DNA of 64,000 nucleotides from Haemophilus haemolyticus (GTDB lineage Bacteria; Pseudomonadota; Gammaproteobacteria; Enterobacterales; Pasteurellaceae): NCBI GenBank assembly GCA_018372995.1, contig JAHAHX010000001.1, positions 37,518 to 101,517 of the forward strand, read 5' to 3'. Shown piece by piece: positions 59,056 to 64,000 of this stretch (position 1 is its first letter; each line of letters starts with the position of its first letter). The notes under the pieces were generated by a model. It saw only the letters and a program-made list of their open reading frames with translations, ran no database searches and was not told where the DNA came from. The position numbers and the translations under genes were made by a program.

Positions 59056-59754
59056 TTATAGATCATCAATTATTAAATGGATTTTTGCTACGGGTCCATG
59101 GACACCAATCACTTTAATCAATTCAATATCCGCCGTTGAGCTTGGACCTGAGATAATATTGATACAAGATGGCATACGCTCGCCTTGTTGTGCTTTCTTG
59201 TGTAATACTTTCGCCACTTGTGCAACACGAGGAACAATTTGACTTTTACGTAAAACAACAATTGATTTCTCAGGTAATAAACTCACTGAACGTCCACGAT
59301 CTGCGCTAGAGAATAAGACGATTCCACCAGTTTCCGCCAAACCATATTCTGCATAAACTACGCCAAGATTAGCTTTTTCAGAAAAACGAATGTTATTTTG
59401 TGCCGTTTCTGATGACCACGTATGGCAAGTATATTTCGCTTCAAGCGCCGCAGGAATACCAAGTGCGGTCAATCTTTCATCGGAATTAAGCACAACATCA
59501 CCGCCACCATATTTTTCACAAAGAGCAAGTAAAGTTTGCACTGCATCAGATTCTCTACACACATTTACGTCCACCATCATGGTTTTCGCAGAATTGATAA
59601 ATTCATTCGCTAAATCAACCGCACTTAAATGGGTTAAACGCTCAGTTGGGTATGTATTGACTGGTGCATCCATCGGTTCAGGTACGATAGCACGGGCTTT
59701 ACCCATTTTCGTCGCTAATTTATTAAGAAAATTTTCGCGATTTTGTAAATCCAT
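59056..59754 (-). CDS. lutC: L-lactate utilisation protein LutC (LUD domain)
   Basis: 232 aa of the YkgG/LutC family. It is the last gene of lctP-lutABC. Confidence 0.8.
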   Translation of the reverse strand: MDLQNRENFLNKLATKMGKARAIVPEPMDAPVNTYPTERLTHLSAVDLANEFINSAKTMMVDVNVCRESDAVQTLLALCEKYGGGDVVLNSDERLTALGIPAALEAKYTCHTWSSETAQNNIRFSEKANLGVVYAEYGLAETGGIVLFSSADRGRSVSLLPEKSIVVLRKSQIVPRVAQVAKVLHKKAQQGERMPSCINIISGPSSTADIELIKVIGVHGPVAKIHLIIDDL

Positions 59755-59759
59755 GCTTA

Positions 59760-61172
59760 TTACCCTCTCTCTCTATTATTAAACCATTGACGGAAACTTT
59801 CACCATCTGCTTGTGGTAAATCTCGTGCTTTTGTCCATTCACCCAATGCACCAAATGTAATTGGTGCTTTACCATTTTTGATCAGCTTACCCGCTAATTT
59901 CGCACCGATATTCACACCTGCTTTCCATAGTGTTGGGTTGGCATTAGCTGTGGTGAAACCAAAAATAGATAAACGTTCCATTGCGGGAGTTTTACCTAAC
60001 TCTACCATTTTCTCACGGTGCTTTAAGATTAACTGCGCTAATGGAATACGCACTGGGCAGACAGAATTACACGCGTTACATAATGAACAAGCATACGGCA
60101 ATTCTTTGAATTCATCATAGCCACCTAGTAATGGAGAAATCACTGCACCAATTGGACCCGGGTAAATAGAACCATATCCATGACCACCGATTTGACGATA
60201 TGCCGGACAGGTATTCAAACAAGCACCGCAACGGATACAACGTAAAACTTCTTGGAATTCAGACGCTAAAATATCTGAACGGCCATTATCCACAATAACC
60301 AAATGGAATTCTTCAGGACCGTCGGTTTCACCAGCAAGACGAGGACCGGTTAACCACGTGTTATAACCGGTTAATTTCGCCCCTACCGCACTACGAGCAA
60401 GCATCGTAATTAACACATCTACCTCTTGGAAAGTCGGCGCTAAACGCTCCATTCCCATCACGGCAATATGCGTTTTTGGTAAGGTCGTCGCTAAACGTAA
60501 GTTACCTTCGTTTGTCACTAAACAAACTGAGCCGGTTTCCGCTACGGCAAAGTTACAACCGCTGATACCGATATCAGCCTCTAAAAAATCTTGACGAATT
60601 TTTTCACGTACGAAACGCGTCATATCTTCAGGTGTTTCCTCGCCTTCATAGCCGAGTTTTTCAGATAAATCTTTGCGGATTTGGTGACGATCTTTGTGGA
60701 TTGCTGGCACAACGATATGGGATGGTTTATCACCTGAAATTTGTAATAGATATTCACCCAAATCGGTTTCGATCACTTGCATGCCCTCTTTTTCAAGCAC
60801 TTCGTTTAAACCGATTTCTTCTGTCACCATGGATTTGGATTTTACGATTTTCTTCGCATTTTTCTCTAATGCGACTTTGCGAATATAAGCACTCGCTTCT
60901 TCGGCCGTTTCAGCAAAATACACTTTACCGCCATTTTCCATCACTTTTTCGCTCAATTGATACAAATAAGCATCTAAATTAGCTAAAACATGGTTACGAA
61001 TCTGCTTAGATAAATCACGCCATTCTTCCCAATGGCCTAATTCGTCCACCATTTTTTGACGGTTAGCCCCAATAGTTTCTTGGGCTTTCACCACCGCCTT
61101 ACGCATAATAGTGTTGTGCACTTCATGATCGACACGCGCTTTAAAAGGAAGATTACTGGTTTTCAATGACAT
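59760..61172 (-). CDS. lutB: L-lactate dehydrogenase complex iron-sulfur protein LutB
   Basis: 470 aa with two 4Fe-4S ferredoxin motifs (CIRCGACLNTCP, CSLCNACNSVCP) plus a LUD domain. Confidence 0.85.
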   Translation of the reverse strand: MSLKTSNLPFKARVDHEVHNTIMRKAVVKAQETIGANRQKMVDELGHWEEWRDLSKQIRNHVLANLDAYLYQLSEKVMENGGKVYFAETAEEASAYIRKVALEKNAKKIVKSKSMVTEEIGLNEVLEKEGMQVIETDLGEYLLQISGDKPSHIVVPAIHKDRHQIRKDLSEKLGYEGEETPEDMTRFVREKIRQDFLEADIGISGCNFAVAETGSVCLVTNEGNLRLATTLPKTHIAVMGMERLAPTFQEVDVLITMLARSAVGAKLTGYNTWLTGPRLAGETDGPEEFHLVIVDNGRSDILASEFQEVLRCIRCGACLNTCPAYRQIGGHGYGSIYPGPIGAVISPLLGGYDEFKELPYACSLCNACNSVCPVRIPLAQLILKHREKMVELGKTPAMERLSIFGFTTANANPTLWKAGVNIGAKLAGKLIKNGKAPITFGALGEWTKARDLPQADGESFRQWFNNRERG

Positions 61173-61173
61173 C

Positions 61174-61905
61174 TTATTTCTCCCCTTGCATTAATACTTC
61201 CGCAATGTGCATCACTTTAATCTTGCTGCCTTCGCGTTGTAAACGACCACCAATATTTAATAAACAACTTACATCTGCACCGATTAAATATTGTGGTTCA
61301 ACCTCTTCAATATGCTCAACTTTTTCTTTCACCATTTCGCCAGAAATCTCAGCCATTTTCACAGAGAAAGTTCCACCGAAGCCACAGCAGGTTTGTTGAT
61401 TATGAATAGGAAGTAGTTCTAATCCTTTCACATTTTTTAACAGTGCGATAGGTTCATTTACGATACCCAGTTTACGTGTAAGGCTACAAGAAGGGTGATA
61501 AACCGCTTTACCTGGCAAATAGGCACCAATATCAGTTATTCCAAGTTTATTCACGATAAAATCGGTTAAATCACAGAAACGTGAAGCGACTTTTTGGGCA
61601 CGTTTAGCCCAGTCTAATTCTCCTGCATTAGTGAAGTAGTTGGGGTAATTTTTGATCGCATAAACACAAGATCCGGCAGGTGCTACGATTGGGTAATCAT
61701 TTACTTCAAAGGTTTCAACTAAGTTTTTCATGCCGGGGATAGCTTGTTTTGTATAGCCACTATTTAATGCAGGCTGCCCACAACAACCTTGTTTTTCGAG
61801 GAAAGTAACATTGCAACCGAGTTTCTCAAGCAGTAAAACGGTGTTTTTGGCCACACCACTTTTTACTACGTCTGCAATGCAGGTTACGTAGAAATTTACG
61901 TTCAT
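61174..61905 (-). CDS. lutA: L-lactate dehydrogenase complex Fe-S oxidoreductase LutA (CCG-domain)
   Basis: 243 aa with cysteine-rich CCG motifs (YHPSCSL.., ..QTCCGFGG). Confidence 0.85.
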   Translation of the reverse strand: MNVNFYVTCIADVVKSGVAKNTVLLLEKLGCNVTFLEKQGCCGQPALNSGYTKQAIPGMKNLVETFEVNDYPIVAPAGSCVYAIKNYPNYFTNAGELDWAKRAQKVASRFCDLTDFIVNKLGITDIGAYLPGKAVYHPSCSLTRKLGIVNEPIALLKNVKGLELLPIHNQQTCCGFGGTFSVKMAEISGEMVKEKVEHIEEVEPQYLIGADVSCLLNIGGRLQREGSKIKVMHIAEVLMQGEK

Positions 61906-61973
61906 TTTTAATCACTCCAATAAGAGAAAAGTAATAAATGACCGCAAAAGTGCGGTCATTTTTCCAAGTAAAT

Positions 61974-63569
61974 TTATAGATTATAAAGTAAAGGTACTAA
62001 GTACAGCGCACAGAGTGCCGCAATAATACCGTAAATCATCATAGGGATAATGGTTTTCTTAATAATGGTACCTTCTTGGTTAGAAATATTTAATACTGAA
62101 CTGACAGCAACGATATTATTAATACATACCATATTCCCCATTGCGCCTCCAACAGATTGTAAAGCTAGGACTAGCGCTACTGAAATTCCTGTTGTTTCCG
62201 CTGTAGAAAGTTGAACACTACCGAATGTTAGGTTAGATACGGTGTTTGATCCCGAGAAGAATGCCCCTATAGCCCCTAAGAAAGAGGAGAAAATTGTCCA
62301 GTTACTGCCGGATATTTCCGCAAAGGTGCGACCAATAATTTTCACCATGGAGTGTTCGCCGCCGACTAACATTAAGTTCACCATAACCAAGGCTCCCACT
62401 AAGGCGATAAATGGATTTTTTGATTGTTGTAAACTTGAAGCAAAAACGTTTTTAACATTGCTAATTGAGACGTTAAATATAGGAATTGCAATTAAAACTG
62501 TAATTACAAATGGAATTAACGCTGGTACGTAAAGCAATTTGTAGCTTGATGATACATCAGAACCAAAAATATCTTTTAACGTAAAGATTAAGCCTTTACT
62601 AATTTCAAATGTACCTAATGATCCTAGGGTTGTTGAGAACCAAATTGTAGTGTCATTCATCATTGCTTTGAAAGGTAATTGATGGATACGTGTAATGATT
62701 AGGAATGCAATCAATAAACCTGTTGGGAATAGTGCTTTCATTATTTGCTTAGTTGTTACCGCATTATTATCCAGACTATTTTCTACTTTTGTTAAGCCAA
62801 TATTGCGATTTGCAGCCCATACAGAAATAAATAAACCAATTGCTCCACCTACTAATGATGGAAATTCATCATTAACTTGAGCAAGTAAGAAATAAGGAAT
62901 GACACAAGCAAAGACACTGATATAGATAAATAGAATATTTTTACGAATATCGTTCCAACTTACTAAGACTCGTAATGCTAATAATGGAATAATAAATGCG
63001 GCAATGGAATGGATAAATGCTGTAATCGAACCAATTTCCAAAATTATATCTTCTGATAGTTTTAGTGGACCGAAACCAAACCATGTAGGCGTTCCCACAG
63101 CCCCAAAAGAGACTGGGACGGAGTTCATGATTAGTGCCAACATGGCGACTTTTAATGGATGAAAACCTAGCCCGACTAAAATAGGTGCCGCAATGGCTGC
63201 AGGTGTACCAAAACCACTTGCTCCTTCAATCATAAAAGCAAATGCCCAACCGATAATCATTAATTGAGCTACAGGATTGGGATTAATATTCCCTAGCCAT
63301 TTACGCATGGTATCTGTCGCACCTGAAATTTCTGAAAAGCGATTAAATAAGATCGCGCCAAAAATAACTGTAATTGGGGTTTGTACAGCAATAATAGCGG
63401 AAACAACATTGGCACTAATTGTGACAATATCAGTATTAAAGTGAAGAAGATGGACACCCATTACTAATGTTGCAATCCAAGGTAATGCGACATAAGAAGG
63501 CAAGGCATTTCGTTTTACCATTAGATAAATCAGCAAAACAATAGGAAAAATACTCAGAACAAAAGACAT
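61974..63569 (-). CDS. lctP: L-lactate permease
   Basis: 531-aa polytopic membrane protein of the LctP family. It lies upstream of lutABC. Confidence 0.88.
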   Translation of the reverse strand: MSFVLSIFPIVLLIYLMVKRNALPSYVALPWIATLVMGVHLLHFNTDIVTISANVVSAIIAVQTPITVIFGAILFNRFSEISGATDTMRKWLGNINPNPVAQLMIIGWAFAFMIEGASGFGTPAAIAAPILVGLGFHPLKVAMLALIMNSVPVSFGAVGTPTWFGFGPLKLSEDIILEIGSITAFIHSIAAFIIPLLALRVLVSWNDIRKNILFIYISVFACVIPYFLLAQVNDEFPSLVGGAIGLFISVWAANRNIGLTKVENSLDNNAVTTKQIMKALFPTGLLIAFLIITRIHQLPFKAMMNDTTIWFSTTLGSLGTFEISKGLIFTLKDIFGSDVSSSYKLLYVPALIPFVITVLIAIPIFNVSISNVKNVFASSLQQSKNPFIALVGALVMVNLMLVGGEHSMVKIIGRTFAEISGSNWTIFSSFLGAIGAFFSGSNTVSNLTFGSVQLSTAETTGISVALVLALQSVGGAMGNMVCINNIVAVSSVLNISNQEGTIIKKTIIPMMIYGIIAALCALYLVPLLYNL

Positions 63570-63839
63570 TAGAAAATATCCTTAAATTTATAATAAAAAA
63601 GACTCGTGCATTGTATGGATTTAGGCATAAAAGAATATACCTCTTTGGGGAAAATGTGATCAATATCTCATAAAAAATTAACATTTTATTTTCATTTTTT
63701 ACATTTTTATTACCAATCTTCTCTGATTAAAATCTTAATAGACTAAAATGGAATATGATGTGGGGATTAATTATTAGATGGGGAGATAAAAGATTTATAG
63801 AATCAAATACACGTTATATAAAAATATAAGGAAATAATA

Positions 63840-64000
63840 TGTTCAACATCATAAGAAAAGTTTTGCTAGGTGTTTTGTGTTTTATTTATTCAGCAATATC
63901 CTTTGCAGAAGGAAATAGTACGTTACAAGTGGGGATTGATTTAACTTATGCGCCTTATGCTTATTTAGAAAGAGGAAAAGCCTCTGGTTTTGATCCGGAT
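63840..64000 (+). CDS. Amino-acid ABC transporter substrate-binding protein, 3'-truncated at window edge
   Basis: Signal peptide MFNIIRKVLLGVLCFIYSAISFA followed by GNSTLQVGIDLTYAPYAY, typical of polar amino-acid binding proteins. Confidence 0.6.

Overview
This 64-kb window is core chromosome from a Haemophilus-type Pasteurellaceae genome. The Hin-type uptake signal sequence AAGTGCGGT or its complement occurs about 45 times, and gene order and protein sequences match the H. influenzae group. I see no prophage, CRISPR, restriction-modification, toxin-antitoxin or other accessory island, and no undescribed system; the window is almost gap-free housekeeping operons. The best candidates for something undescribed are a structured non-coding locus upstream of der and a disrupted pta.

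Content, in order:
- The complete dcw cell-wall/division cluster on the + strand: ftsI (5' truncated), murE, murF, mraY, murD, ftsW, murG, murC, ddl, ftsQ, ftsA, ftsZ, lpxC.
- pheA(+), porin ompP2(-), divergent rnhA(-)/dnaQ(+), two tandem tRNA-Asp genes with a near-consensus promoter, and a promoter-to-terminator delimited, hairpin-rich non-coding stretch upstream of der.
- der(+), hpt(-), pmbA(-)/yjgA(+), and lptC-lptA-lptB-ptsN-rapZ(+) with no rpoN or hpf between lptB and ptsN.
- nrdG(-), an ffs (4.5S SRP RNA) gene that the ORF track mis-called as a spurious ORF, then cydD-cydC(-), trxB(-), cnoX/ybbN-like(-), hemH(-), a hotdog thioesterase(-) and a 1035-aa ydiJ-like FAD/Fe-S oxidase(-).
- ompA/P5(+), grxD(+), then ackA-pta(-), where pta carries a frameshift/short deletion and looks like a pseudogene or a sequencing error.
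- yfbV(+), cvpA-purF(+) behind an exact PurR box, yfcH(-), and argR(-) divergent from mdh(+) with ARG-box-like and CRP-like sites.
- lysS(-), prfB(-) with its programmed +1 frameshift site CTT TGA C, dsbC(+), recJ(+), a DsbA-like CRVC periplasmic protein(+), mtnN(+).
- A 950-aa TonB-dependent heme/hemoglobin-type receptor(-) with a Fur box upstream, a lctP-lutABC L-lactate utilisation operon(-), and the 5' end of an ABC substrate-binding protein gene(+) at the window edge.

Many intergenic hairpins, several built from inverted USS pairs, are annotated as intrinsic terminators.
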